64,000 nucleotides of DNA. It comes from Bugula neritina. Lineage: Eukaryota > Animalia > Bryozoa. The stretch's first letter is position 1, and the number at the start of each line of letters is the position of its first letter. Location: positions 3,873,751-3,937,750 of the forward strand of contig OZ037773.1 in assembly GCA_964035545.1 (NCBI GenBank), given 5' to 3'. This document shows, piece after piece, positions 22,318 through 41,303 of this stretch. The notes under the pieces are model-generated. The model searched no databases. It was not told the origin of the DNA and saw only the letters and a list, made by a program, of their open reading frames with translations. The translations under genes were made by a program, and so were the position numbers.

Positions 22318-25300
22318 CTAAGTCCTCCACTTGATTGACTAAAATTAAAACATATTTTTAAAACAATTTAATACAACAGGAAATAGTTTCATATTATGTT
22401 GTTCAAACACTACATTGTGCTAGGCTACGGTTTGAACCCTGCACAGGTCATTGACCAAGTTGAAAAATGCATTTTGTCCGAATGGCTCACCCACTAGTTG
22501 GAAGCCCCCACTGCCAGCTCATTTTAGCATTAAACAAATCAACATCAAATGTTTACATGTAACTTTAAATAGGTCTTTTTTTGACCCAACATATTTGCTA
22601 AAATAATCTTACCGGAATAGGATATTATGAAAGTGAATCATGGTGAACATTTTGGCAACCGTTCAAAAGTATGTCAAAATATTATATTTATTAGACCTAT
22701 TGATTATTGTTACAAGCAAACTATTTGAAACATTGTAACATAAAATAGCTCAACATGATCATATGCAGATCACCATGAAGTTAATTTATAGGACAACCAT
22801 GCTCTGATCAATTATCACATTAGCAAACAACTATTAGACATTACATCAAGCAATTATTACAAAAACCTTGTTGAAAAGAAATAATAATTTGCATTGCACT
22901 CAAAAATGATTGGGTATGTTGCACCATTATGGTTATTCTTAAAAGTAAAAAGTTAGAAATTATTACTTTACAAATAAACTTACAGAGTTCTTCAACGCAG
23001 CGTTAGCTTTTTGTAACTCGAGGCTCCCTGGAAGTAATGTGCTTTTAAGTTGCAGCAACTGAGCTCTATCTTTCATTGCAATAAGTGTCTACAAGATTAA
23101 GTGAGTTATACATGTCAATGCAAATTGTGAATGTCATTTCTGAAAACAAAAAACAAGCAAAATAACAATTACAGTATAAAGTACAATTCCATCATGATGC
23201 TACATAATCAAACAATTGGCTTTTCACAAACCTATCTAAATACATATTTCATATATTTTTCATGACCTTATTACATGTATATTATATCATACCTCCACTA
23301 TTGCAGGGGTACACTTGAATTTCTTAGCTATCCTCAGTCTTTCTTCTTCCACGGGGATCAGAGCGCAGTAGCTGCTTATTATCTGTAGGCAAAAAATCAG
23401 ACCTTAAGAATGTTACACACTGTAAATTGCACAATTTAGACGAAGTGGAGATTAAATTGATATTAGATATCAAGACAGGAAACCATTCTGATTAATAGGA
23501 ATTTTCTCAACAACTTGAAACTTTTAATAACCAAAGAAAGTCAAGATGACATCATTTTGATTGACGAAAAATTATTGACTTGGGAGCTACTCCGCCATGC
23601 TCTTTTATTGTCAAAAAGACCTTTTATGTGCATGTAAAATTTAAACACTGACTCAACACAACAAAACTAACATATCTCCATCTTGTGTTTAGCTCCAACT
23701 GGATTCTCGTGAAAATATTTGGTTCATTTGTAAGAACTATCTTCATTTCCCTAACTATTAATTTAATTGCGATTCTCCGAGAGTCAAATGAGCTTGAAGT
23801 TCTCAACAAATCTGCAAAATTTCGCCTTTCTCACTCGCCATTTTTCATAAATGTCAATCAGCAGCTGAGGTACTTACGTCGGGTGTAGCCTTAGCATGAG
23901 CCAGTAGTTTCACCACATTATGGAAACCGATAACGGTGGACTTGGTACTCCCTCCGTACCATTTCTGCAAAAATGAGAAAAAATGTCAACTAAATAGAAT
24001 AACATTTCCATTCAAAGAAAGCTCATGAAAATAATCCAACAATTACAAAAAAAGTAGTTTAAATATATCCTTACAGGGTAGTAATTTCACTAAAAATAAA
24101 CAAGGAACATCTTAATTACTACTTTAATCATATAAATACATTAACATATTTATAGGTTATTCATTTTGTTGAATAATTTACCCTTGCAAACAAAACTATT
24201 AAAATATTTAGCATGCCATACAATAGACCATGTAAAACTCAGCCAATCAGCGAAGTGTACCAGGTCAATGTCTTACCATTGTAACTGATATAAAATTCTG
24301 CAAGTTCAATCGCAAAATGCCTACTTCTAAAAGCTAGTTGTGCAACTTTTTTTTCTTGCATTATTTAATTTCATATCTTAAATTGATGACTCTTGAAATG
24401 ATTTTTTAAAATTTCTAAATTAAGTGTTTATAAAATGCAATTAAAAATTGCATGTCTAAAAAAATGACCTGGTACACTTTTGCAACTTAAGGCCAATTAT
24501 TACATAACTGCCAGCTTAGTAGTTATTTGTTGTTGCAGCTTGAATGGGTTATTGTTTAGCATTGAAAGCTTGTAGTAAACGGCTGTGAATTTGGTACATG
24601 ACTTTGATTGGCTGGTTTTTGAATGGCTCTTTAGTATATGCATCTGGATGGCTGGGTAGTGTAGGCTCCGCCTACATCTAGCTAATGTACAGTAGCCAAT
24701 CCACAGTAGTATTACAAAATTTCTGTTTAACATATGAAATATTCTGGTCATTTGTTTTGTACTTTACAATAGTATATATTCTATTCAACTGGAATTTTAT
24801 TGTATGTAAGCCATGGGAACTACTAAGAGGTTAAATCAACCACCCATGCTGGTAATATTGTAGCTAGCAGTAATAGCAAGTCCACACCATATAAATATAC
24901 TACACATTAGCTATTATGTGCAGCTTATGAATGCTAAAATGACCCCACTTCTTACCTTCAATTTGAAAAAAATTGTATTGCATATTCTGCCACTTCTGCA
25001 CCAAGAATGTGTTTTCCTTTTAAATTTTGAAAATAGTAGTCAGTTTCTGCAGCAGTCAACATCCACAATAAACAACGTAAGCTTTCAAATAAACTATAAA
25101 TATATGAAATAATAATGTGGAAACAATGTAATTTATTTATTGCTATGATGAAAATTACAAGAATATTATATAAAAGCTAGATATAGATTTCTAGTAAAAT
25201 GGCACAGGTAAAAATAACACATTTTTACTTCAAATTCTAAATTTCATCAGTCACCAATGGTGGCTGTAGATTACAGAGAGCACAGCAGACTATCATAATC

Positions 25301-28300
25301 ATAATCGTAAGGATGGTCAGCCCACTGAGCAAAATCTAACTCCAACCCTTCATTTGGGTTACCAACGCCTTAAAGCATATAATGTAAGACGCACAAAAAA
25401 CAGTGGCTTTAATAAAACAAGTGAAGGAAACGAACAGAAAATGTCTTCAACAGAGTCAGCTGATATAGAGCAACAGAACTCATCTGACAGCCATCCTCAT
25501 AGTCAGACTTCATCAGAAGTAACTGAGTTACCAGAAACATCAACTACTCAAAAAAAATACCTGCACATTCTATTGATAGCCGAATTCAAAAGTTGGAAGA
25601 AAAAGCTCAAAATATTCCACGTTTAAACAAAAAGCAACTATTAAAAAAGTAAAAGTTTTGAAAACTTTCACCACTACAGATGATCGAACTAAATTCTATA
25701 CTGGAATACCTACACTTTTTCTATACTTTTCTTTAGCAAGGTGAAAATTATTATTTTCTTATTGCAAAGATACACTATGGTTTATTACAAATAAACAATG
25801 CAAGTCTGACTATGCTAAAAGTTGTACATCGATTAAATTTGATATGTATTAAAACTGTCATTTTAATTAAATTTGTTGCAGTGAGTGTATCATTCATACG
25901 TTTTTTCATTAAAGATGTTGTTTTATGTAAGATATTCATAAATACCACAGTGGTCATCTGTATGCTTTGACTTATTTAGTTTAGGGTTTTATTTAAACAA
26001 GCAGCAGTCTTTTATTTGTGTACAAATTGACTCACTTTCTCCAGGAAAAGTAAATTGTTTTAACCTAAATTTTCCTTGGTTATTTTAAAGCTTATTAAAA
26101 GTAGCCTCCTAATCTAATTATTAGCTGAAACTAACTCGGTGTTTAAAACTAAAATGGTTTACACTTGTTACTAGTTTCACTTATTCACAAACATTATTAA
26201 ATGCTATTCTAGAAATAATATGGGTTTGAATTAGTTATAGTATAATTATAAAATAAAGTAATAATTGTTTGTCCACAGTATTTGTTTAAACTCATGACTT
26301 CATTCAAAGCATGTATTCATACAACTAGCTTATCATGTACTGTTACAGTATTATGTAACACATGTTGACACACATTACACTCTGTTTGGATGGTGATATA
26401 TTGGGTCAAGCCTTCAGCTAGCAGTTCTTGAACTTCATAGTTCTTGCAAAATATAACTGAAGCTACTTACCAGAGGGTAAAAACTGCTGAATGAATACAA
26501 ACTAAGCACAAAAGAGGCCATTTGCAAATGACTAAAATGCAGTTACTGCAAACAAAGTTGATTTCTAACCTTCGAATCCATGTCGAAAGAGCAATCAAAA
26601 GGATAAAGGAGTTCAATATTTTAAATGGGCCCGAAGTGTGAACTTGGTGTTGGCACCTCTATTAAATAAGACTATGATAGTCTGCTGTGCTCTCTGTAAT
26701 CTACAGCCACCATTGGTGACTGATGAAATTTAGAATTTGAAGTAAAAATGTGTTATTTTTACCTGTGCCATTCTACTAGAAATCTATATCTAGCTTTTAT
26801 ATAATATTCTTGTAATTTTCATCATAGCAATAAATAAATTACATTGTTTCCACATTATTATTTCATATATTTATAGTTTATTTGAAAGCTTACGTTGTTT
26901 ATTGTGGATGTTGACTGCTGCAGAAACTGACTACTATTTTCAAAATTTTAAAGGAAAACACATTCTTGGTGCAGAAGTGGCAGAATATGTAATACAATTT
27001 TTTTCAAATTGAAGGTAAGAAATGGGGTCATTTTAGCATTCATAAGCTGCACATAATAGCTAATGTGTAGTATATTTATATGGTGTGGACTTGCTATTAC
27101 TGCTAGCTACAATATTACCAGCATGGGTGGTTGATTTAACCTCTTAGTAGTTCCCATGGCTTACATACAATAAAATTCCAGTTGAATAGAATATATACTA
27201 TTGTAAAGTACAAAACAAATGACCAGAATATTTCATATGTTAAACAGAAATTTTGTAATACTACTGTGGATTGGCTACTGTACATTAGCTAGATGTAGGC
27301 GGAGCCTACACTACCCAGCCATCCAGATGCATATACTAAAGAGCCATTCAAAAACCAGCCAATCAAAGTCATGTACCAAATTCACAGCCGTTTACTACAA
27401 GCTTTCAATGCTAAACAATAACCCATTCAAGCTGCAACAACAAATAACTACTAAGCTGGCAGTTATGTAATAATTGGCCTTAAGTTGCAAAAGTGTACCA
27501 GGTCATTTTTTTAGACATGCAATTTTTAATTGCATTTTATAAACACTTAATTTAGAAATTTTAAAAAATCATTTCAAGAGTCATCAATTTAAGATATGAA
27601 ATTAAATAATGCATGAAAAAAAAGTTGCACAACTAGCTTTTAGAAGTATGCATTTTGCAATTGAACTTGCAGAATTTTATATCAGTTACAATGGTAAGAC
27701 ATTGACCTGGTACACTTCGCTGATTGGCTGAGTTTTACATGGTCTATTGAATACATCACACTCCTATAATATAGATACATATATAACATCGTACCAATAT
27801 AATATATATAAATATTATATAACCACCTTCCCGGTGAACAGCTGCTCCAGCTGCTGCCACCTTTTCAGTCTGGCAAGAGTTTTAATAGCTGTCCACTGCA
27901 GCTGTGCTTCACTCAACTATCAGCAAATCAACAGATCATTAAAAATAATCTATCACTTGTAGACAAAATATATATTTACTGGGTTCCATTGCCACCATAC
28001 TCTATATTACTAAATTAATTGAGATGTAAGTCAATCAATACAGCATAAAATCTGTAACTCACAAAAATACATTTCATGATATCTTAAGGGAAAGGTGAAC
28101 TAAAGGTATATTCTTGGAAGCTCATTTATACCTAAATTCTACTTTTTACTACCTCCCCTTAAATTGCGGGGAAAATAATTTACAAGACACACAACACCGT
28201 GTTTCAGTTGCAACAAATAAACTTCTCGTGTTCTAGTGATACAAAAAAGGCTGAAGCCTTCAAACTACATTAATATATTGCTTTAGCATGAACTCTTTGC

Positions 28301-31242
28301 AAGTATATATTTAAACGTCTATAACCACTTGGCACCTTTCATATCGATATACAAAGCTGTGAGATCTGTTGAATCAGTCAACTTAACATCTAGTAGGCTG
28401 TGAACAACACAAGAAGGTAGAACTACTCCAACAAGAAGATTCATACTTTTTATAATTAGTTTAACTGGCACCTTTGCCTGACTGTAACAAGCAGTTTATA
28501 TGTCTGCCGTACATATCTTAACATTCAGCTGTCTACTGATATATATCAGTGCTAAGTAGTAAAAGGTTTGGAAGGCAAGTTCTGCGTTACTCACTTGGAA
28601 ACGTTGGATGAGGTACTTGGGGCTACAGAACTGAGAAGCTTCGTTGTCATAGTGATACAAACAACAATAATACAGAGTAGTCATCATGGACTGATCTGGC
28701 AGGGTTCCTTTACGTTTGTGTATCCTCATTACAGGGTGCCTGCCTTGCGCCTCCAACTCCACATCGGCTTTCTTTTGCGACAAAATATTATTAAATACAA
28801 TATGTATATACCCAACAGGATGGTGGAAATACAAAACATGCGCAATTCTCTCCCATAATCATGCAACACCTACTTCTATTATCTGCTGTATCTCTAACAG
28901 ATCCACCTGATTTTTAAGATGGATAGCATCACTTGCCAAGTTTGGGTCAAGGTCAAAATGGCTGCTGCAAACAGAAAGTATATAACGCATTAACAACTGT
29001 TATACCAAATATATATAGACAGAGAGGTATACAACTTGTAGAAGATAGTGACGATGAGCAGAATAGCGAGTTATGAAAGTATGACTAATGGATAAAACAA
29101 TAAATCACGTAACATTGGACTGAGTAAAGCTAACCTGCGGCAGTTTTTGAGTAGTTGAATCTTGTTATCAATGTGAGTGACAGCATTCACAAAGCGATAC
29201 CTGGTCATCGCAGCATCGTCCGACTTCCCTGGAATTCATAACACGACATAAAATAACTACACATCATGATTTCATTGTATTAGAGTGTGTTAGAATGAGT
29301 GATAATATTGTGCAATAAATGACATCCACTTTCTTACCTTATTCACCAATGACTTACCTATCATTGAGACGATATCTTCTGCTTCCGCTACTTCCTCCAC
29401 CTGTAGAAGGTAGCTGATGTACTGCTCGGCTCCGCCCACTTCCAGCAGCGTACTTTGAAACAGACTTTTATTGAGTGAATTTTTCAGGAAGCCAATTACC
29501 TATGTTATGAAATCAGAGTTTCACTTGAATGAATCAACTTTCCCCAAAAAGACTCGGCATTTACTTATGAGACCGAAGTTTTATTCAACTAACTCAAGTT
29601 TTACTCAAGATTCATTAACAAGTATGGAACTGAAACCGACAGGAGGCAACTCACAGCATTGATGACATTCCCATCATGGCAGGCCAAAGCACACTTCAGT
29701 AAATACTTCTTATCTTCCAGGTTTCTATAAGACTCCAATAAGTATGGCTACAATGATTGACAAAATGATGTTATAAGATAACACACCAGCAAATAACTAC
29801 AAACAACTTCATTTTATGAGCTACATAGAAAAAACTTTGATAGAAATAACTAAGACTGACAAAGCCAGCAACCAATAATAGCGCCGAAAAAACAATTCTC
29901 CTTAACAGAAATCATACAAACAGAAAAACACCTCAAGCTTACTAAGACAGACACAACAACAATTTGAGAATGAATCGAGATAACCCCATAAATGTGATGC
30001 GGGGCACTTACTTTGCCACAGAGCATACGTTTGATGGTTTCCTCTACCGCCAATGATCCCACTGATTGATTCTACAACAAGAAAGAAGACAGCGGCAGCT
30101 GTTTATTTCTGGCAGCAATTTTATTGGCTGAAAAACCTTATGCTATAATTTAAATCCATATTGATTCCAACACCATTCAATAATGAATAACACTTGCTTA
30201 CTTTGCAACAGTAAAGCTAATATTTTACATAGTTCGCTTAATACCAAAATCTTACAGGCAATATCACAGTATTTGTACAACAAACTTAACTGGAATATTT
30301 GAAATCATAATTATAGTATGGTACTAATCCATTACCAATTAGATATAAAATATTATATAGAAAATAACAGCACTTGCCAATCTAAAAACTGATGAAGTCA
30401 TATACAAACCTCAAGCTGTATTTCTAGTCTTTTAATTTTGGTTTTCAACTTGGCTATATCAGATTGTGTGGGTGTCCTTGCAGTTGTAGCAACAGCTACA
30501 ATTACAGTTTCCATACTTGAATACATAGATATTTCATAAGACCTCCTAATATGAAAATTATTACAATGCACTAACATTTTTTTCCAAAGCAAAAATAGGC
30601 CACACTAATACAAAACTAGGAAAAGAATACAAGAAAGTCATTATCAGTAGCAAGTTCATCGATATCTACCATCTGCTATGGAATTTGACAAATTTCCTTT
30701 CAAAGTGTTAGCAGATCCAGATCTTAGTAGTTGATTATCAGTTGTCGAGTTAGAGACCTGCTGCTGGCTACTCCATGCTTGAGGAGTAGCTTTCACTTCA
30801 GATGACGTCTGCGGCCTTGAGTGAGACTGAGATGTAGTTGAAGAGAATGTACTAGTGGGCTGGGTTCTAGCACTCCCAGCTCTTTGATAGCGAACCGACC
30901 CACTTAGACTCTCTGACTCAGAATTTACTACTGAAAACCATAAACACAAAAAAAATCAGATGTAACTTTTCTAAACAACCTTCTTTATCAGCTTGAGTTC
31001 AGACAATTTCCAGGTAGGTGTGGATGTAGGTATACTCTAGAAGCTGAAGAACTAGAAGCCGTACCTGTGAAACCACTCAGGGAATCATTATCATCGTCAT
31101 CTTGTAGGCTTTTTCTGCCATTCTCAGCAAACTGTTTGATGTCTTTGCTTTCATCGTCATCGTCATTGAAATTGAAAACAGTTCTAAATTTGGAGTTTTG
31201 CCAATACGTATCATCTTGGTCTTCATCATCATAACTCGACAT
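22318..31242 (-). CDS. VIPAS39: VPS33B-interacting protein (SPE-39/VPS16B), multi-exon
   Basis: N-terminus MSSYDDEDQDDTYWQNSKFRTVFNFNDDDDE resembles the family [21 protein letters not shown]. Also EETIKRMLCGK/PYLLESYRNLEDKKYLL..HDGNVINAV, TTLYYCCLYHY, WTAIKTLARLKRWQQLEQLF, KWYGG..IGFHNVV and TLIAMKDR. Last exon 22338-22318 encodes SIKWRT*. Confidence 0.9.
24225..27745 (+). mobile_element. Foldback derivative of an ISL2EU/PIF-Harbinger-type DNA transposon with ~1.08-kb inverted arms
   Basis: 24221-25297 is the near-perfect reverse complement of 26673-27749 (1077 bp each; about 6 mismatches seen by eye). Termini AGACC...GGTCT are flanked by an AT duplication in a caATtg target. Confidence 0.9.
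25309..26732 (+). pseudogene. Disrupted THAP + DDE_Tnp_4 transposase
   Basis: KDGQPTEQNLTPTLHLGY (THAP C-terminus), DDRTKFYTGIPT, TKLISNLRIHVERAIKRIKEFNIL and LAPLLNKTMIVCCALCNLQPPLV, separated by frameshifts, stops and deletions. Confidence 0.85.
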
Positions 31243-32339
31243 TCTCTAAAATTTTAGCACGCTTCAATATGAAAGTGAAATCTAGATACAACAATTTTAA
31301 ACTCTATAAATCAGTATTCAGTACCACCAATTATTTTTCAAATAGATATTGTTTTATAATTCGCGTTCATAATAAATAATTTATATGTTATTTATTTTAA
31401 TTTGATATTGACTTTGACTTCCAGTCCCTTTTATAAATATTTCAATATTATAAATATTTCGTAAAATAGTTATACAACAATTTTAAGACTTTTAATAGGC
31501 AGTTATCCTCCCGTGCGATGTAGAGCACAAAACTATAATTCAAGTTAATTTGGCTACAGTAATATAGAATCTAGTGCAGGTGTGATATGTGCAATGATTA
31601 TAATCAATATGACAAATATAAAAGGTGTCTGTTTGCAATAGATAGTGGATAGATTAGGAATGCATTAGATAGGAGTTGAAAAAGATTCTGTGTGCATTAA
31701 TTAAATGTGGGTGCGACTGTGAGTGCTCAGCCGAAAATTGTGACGACTGCACAGTACCACTATACAAGTACCTAATCAAGGGCTTTATAACATCTATGAA
31801 CCAAGATAGTAGTTGGGAATAACATCACAACCAATTTAAGCTGAAACTTAGGACATAACTATTACTATTTGCATTGGCATTACTATTACTATAAGTACAG
31901 CTACTAGACAACTAAAGCTGCTATTAGACTTAGTATTGATGGCGTTTTACAATAGCCATAGTTTGAGTTACTGACTAATTGTTAGTGACTTAGTGTTTCA
32001 ACTTGAATTTAAAAGTAAACATCTTCACCATGATTATCATGAGATTTAACATCAACATGAACACCCCTTTCAAAATCAACAACACGTAATTTTTTTCACA
32101 TCAATTTCATTAAAGGACTAAAATTAAACTTGATACAGCAAATTCAAAATTTCCAAGACCAAGCTTGATCATTAATGACCAATGGCTGAATGGGGCAAGT
32201 AATAGTAATACTAATACTAATAGCAATAACACTGACAGTAACAATAAATCAAAGTCAAGCTGTAGTGTAACTGTAAGCCTAAAACTAAAAGTAAAGCCAA
32301 AGGCTAAGCTGTAGCACCGCTATTTAAACCAAGCAGAAC

Positions 32340-32650
32340 GTACTGCTACTTCTCTACTAGTACTGCTACTAGTACTAGTACTGCTACTACTAATGGTAAT
32401 ACTGCTACTACTGGTACTACTACTAATACTACTACTGCTAGTAGTAGTACTGAACTTTACTAGTAGTAATAGTACTACTACTAGTTAGTACTACTACCAC
32501 CACCACTACCACTGCTACTACTGCTATTACTACAACTGGTACTACTATTACTACTACTACTACTGCTGCTACATCTACTACTACTGATAGCACTAGTAGA
32601 GTAGTACAGGTACTAGACAGTAGTCGTAGACATGGTGATGGTACTACTCC
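32340..32650. repeat. (ACT/AGT)n low-complexity tract between VIPAS39 and the AP-4 mu-like gene
   Basis: Degenerate tactac/tagtag runs. Confidence 0.8.
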
Positions 32651-33679
32651 TAGCCCTAGGACTAGGCCTAGTACTTGAAGTTGAATTTGAACTTCAATTT
32701 GAAGTACGTTTTCACGGCTTTTGGTGCGTCAATTGAGAACGTCGAATCAACTTTGAATTGCTTCTATTCACTATTGACAAACTACATACCAACATCATAA
32801 AAAATTGTGTAACAATTTTTAATTTCGTTACACACCTTCCCGGAAAAAGCCTTCGCCTAACTAATAAGAGCACTAGGATTGATTTGGCAAATTATCGAAA
32901 GGAGTTCATTTTTTGCTTAAAATAAATACTTGACTCGATAGTTTACGTCTATGTTAGCCCTATTCACTTTTTGTGCATTTTCTCAGAAAAATTTCCAACA
33001 CCGAGATATTATGAGTTATAATTTAATTGTTTTGAAGAAATCAGGTTATGTTCTGAAATTTGCCATAGAATCTCAACCCCTGGAGTTAGATCGCGCTACT
33101 GAAACTTATAAATAATTATTCGTGTCATGTTTCTCCGTAACAAACTAAAGATTTCTAGCTAAGGTCATGATTATCTCTTGTCTTGAACAAAAGTTGCCAG
33201 AAACAGCACCAAGTCGGTGATCACTGAAAGCAGTAGTTCAGAGTAATGAACTGGCAAAGTTATATTTATTATTTCTAGTTCAATGGTTCATAGTCTTGAG
33301 TGTAACTTTGGGTGTTAAAAGTTTAACTCAAACCCCTAATTTCAAACTCGATACTCTCAAACTACTGCGCTCCAATGACCAACAACTAGAAGTTGATGCT
33401 GCTTCTATCTTCTACTCTAGTTCTAGCAACTTCCATTACTGCATTAGTTTTAGATATTACTGATAGTGATACCCATACTTGTAGTAATAACCATATTAAT
33501 AGTCATAGTGATCGAGTGAAAATGTTGCAATATTTATAATAAAATGATTGTACCAGTATGTCAATTTCAATGTGTAATTGTACCAGTACTTGTAGTTGTA
33601 GTTTTAGTTGTTGATATTTTTCATTGTGTGTTATTCATGATCATAATGTATGCTATTGCTATTGATTGTAGTATTCACT

Positions 33680-39083
<5,404 letters not shown>

Positions 39084-41303
39084 ATGTTCTATGCAATATC
39101 AATTTGATTGTTTTCCTTTTTATTTATTGCAGTGCGATTTTGTACATTTTTTACTTTAAAATATTGTGCTAAGTTTTCGAATATATTTTGTAATTTTTTC
39201 AAAAGCTAAACATATACTCTGAATTATCAAGTAGAAAGAATTTCCTATTGTTTTTTACCCAAATCAACTTATATAAACTTGTCACTTAGTAATCTAGCTG
39301 CGTCATCGTTTCTGCATTTTAGTGTGCAAGTACATAAGCTACTATAAAATGTCTTAGCAGTTTTGCAGGATGAATTAACAAAATTTTGGTGGCTACTAAA
39401 ATGTTCAAAAGAGATTAATATGTGAACCTTTAACAATTTTAACAGTGCTTCAGTTTTTTTATTGTTTGGTTCGGTTTATCATGCCGGTTCAAAATTGTAA
39501 ATTGACTTGTAAAATTACTTATCACTTGAAATATAATTAACATCCGTATTTTAGTAGCTGAATTGTTTATGAAAGAAAATTTTTCTTGGGACATTACTGT
39601 TTATTTTCATGCAATCATTTAATTTCTGTTGAATTTGATATATTAATTTATATGAGTCATGCCTACCTAGAATATTGATGTATAGGTTGCTAGTTTTCAT
39701 TAATGAAATTCTTTAGGATTTGCTGTGATCACTGATTACCTAGATGAAGGCCTTAATTTGTGCAACAATAAACAACTGTTGTAAAGTTGATATAATATTA
39801 TTGATACTATTTTTAAATGCACATGAATAAAACTGAAAGAAACAATTCTAGGCACAAAATCAACACTGATTTATAAATATTGTGTCATTGCAAGTGAGAG
39901 TTTGGAATGCAACAAGTTGGTGACCGGTTTACTGTATTGCAGTTGCAACTTGGCTAATTACCACCTAATTACTAATTAGAATACATATAAGTACAGTCTA
40001 TATATTATATTACTATATTCCATTTTAATGCACCACGGGTTAGACTGTTCTAGTGGATTGCACAAAAATAATAAAAGCCTTTGTTTTTAGGGTTGTAGTT
40101 AGATCTCTATGTGAACAGATTTAACCTGCATGTTTATCTTTTCGAAGAAACGAAATGAACTGAACCAGTGGGCGTTACTTTTTTGAACGTAAGAGTACGT
40201 ATCCATTATTTACATTTCTCTTTTGCAAAGCAGTTTCATTTCGTTGTCTTCCTGTTTTGTGCTGCAGGCAGGTCAGATTTAATAGGTGAGATTGTTTTGC
40301 AATTTGCAAGCGTAACAGTTTTGTATATTAAATGCCACACCAAACATCTTAAGCTTGCTGGGTTGAGATTTCCATACGTTTTTTAATTTTTCTTTAATAT
40401 AAAAATATATAGCTTTTTGGGCCCCAATACTTAGGCGTCGTTGTACTTATGACTTTCACCGGCACCGTGGGCGTGTAACTGTAAGTGTTTTAGTTTATTT
40501 AATTAAATTTAATATGATTATTATCTGTAAGTATAACTATAGTATCAGTATTACTAAGTATTACTTAGTTTTAGTATTACATTAATACTACATTGGTTAT
40601 ATTATTAGGCCTATTAGTCATAAAACTTGAAAGTAAAAGTAGTGCTACTGCTTCAGACTGCACTACATTTTGATTTAGTTATACTTTTACTTTTATTATA
40701 AAAAATACCATTAGCCTTAGCACTATTGTACTCAGTGAAGATATCAGTATTACGCTATTAGTGTATTACTATTAGTAAATTAGTATTACTAAATACTAAT
40801 TACTATTATAATCATTATGGTTTTCATAGACCTGTATCATACGTAGATGTTTTTGCTTCTCTGCCACATAGTTAGGAACATAACTTCAGAAATTTGCTTT
40901 ACATCAGCAATTTAATGTTTGTAGAAGGTGGAAAAGCTTGATTTCTGCAAAAATCACCAAGCATAACCAATCTATCTTAAACTGAGTATGACAACATTAA
41001 AGAAATTCAACAATTTGGTTAGTACTCGAAACACTTCATGTTGACATTATTCCTATGCACGTATTAACTAAGTGCTATTTAAAGCAATCCAACCCCATAT
41101 GTCTTATCAAACTGATTTTTTTTGTTCTAGTAAACATAATAGTCAACCTATGCAATTACAGCAAATTATTTTGTATAACTTTCTCATTCACTTCTGGTTT
41201 TATATAAGAAAAAAGATTTTGCGTGCATAGCGATGCTTGGTATATTACTATATAATCTGATAATATTTACATATTTTACTTCAATTGACTAGTTTAGGGA
41301 GAG

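Noticed and set aside
24500-27470. Two identical 83-aa ORFs on opposite strands (24500-24751, 27219-27470)
   Set aside because: A by-product of the inverted arms; no recognisable protein features.
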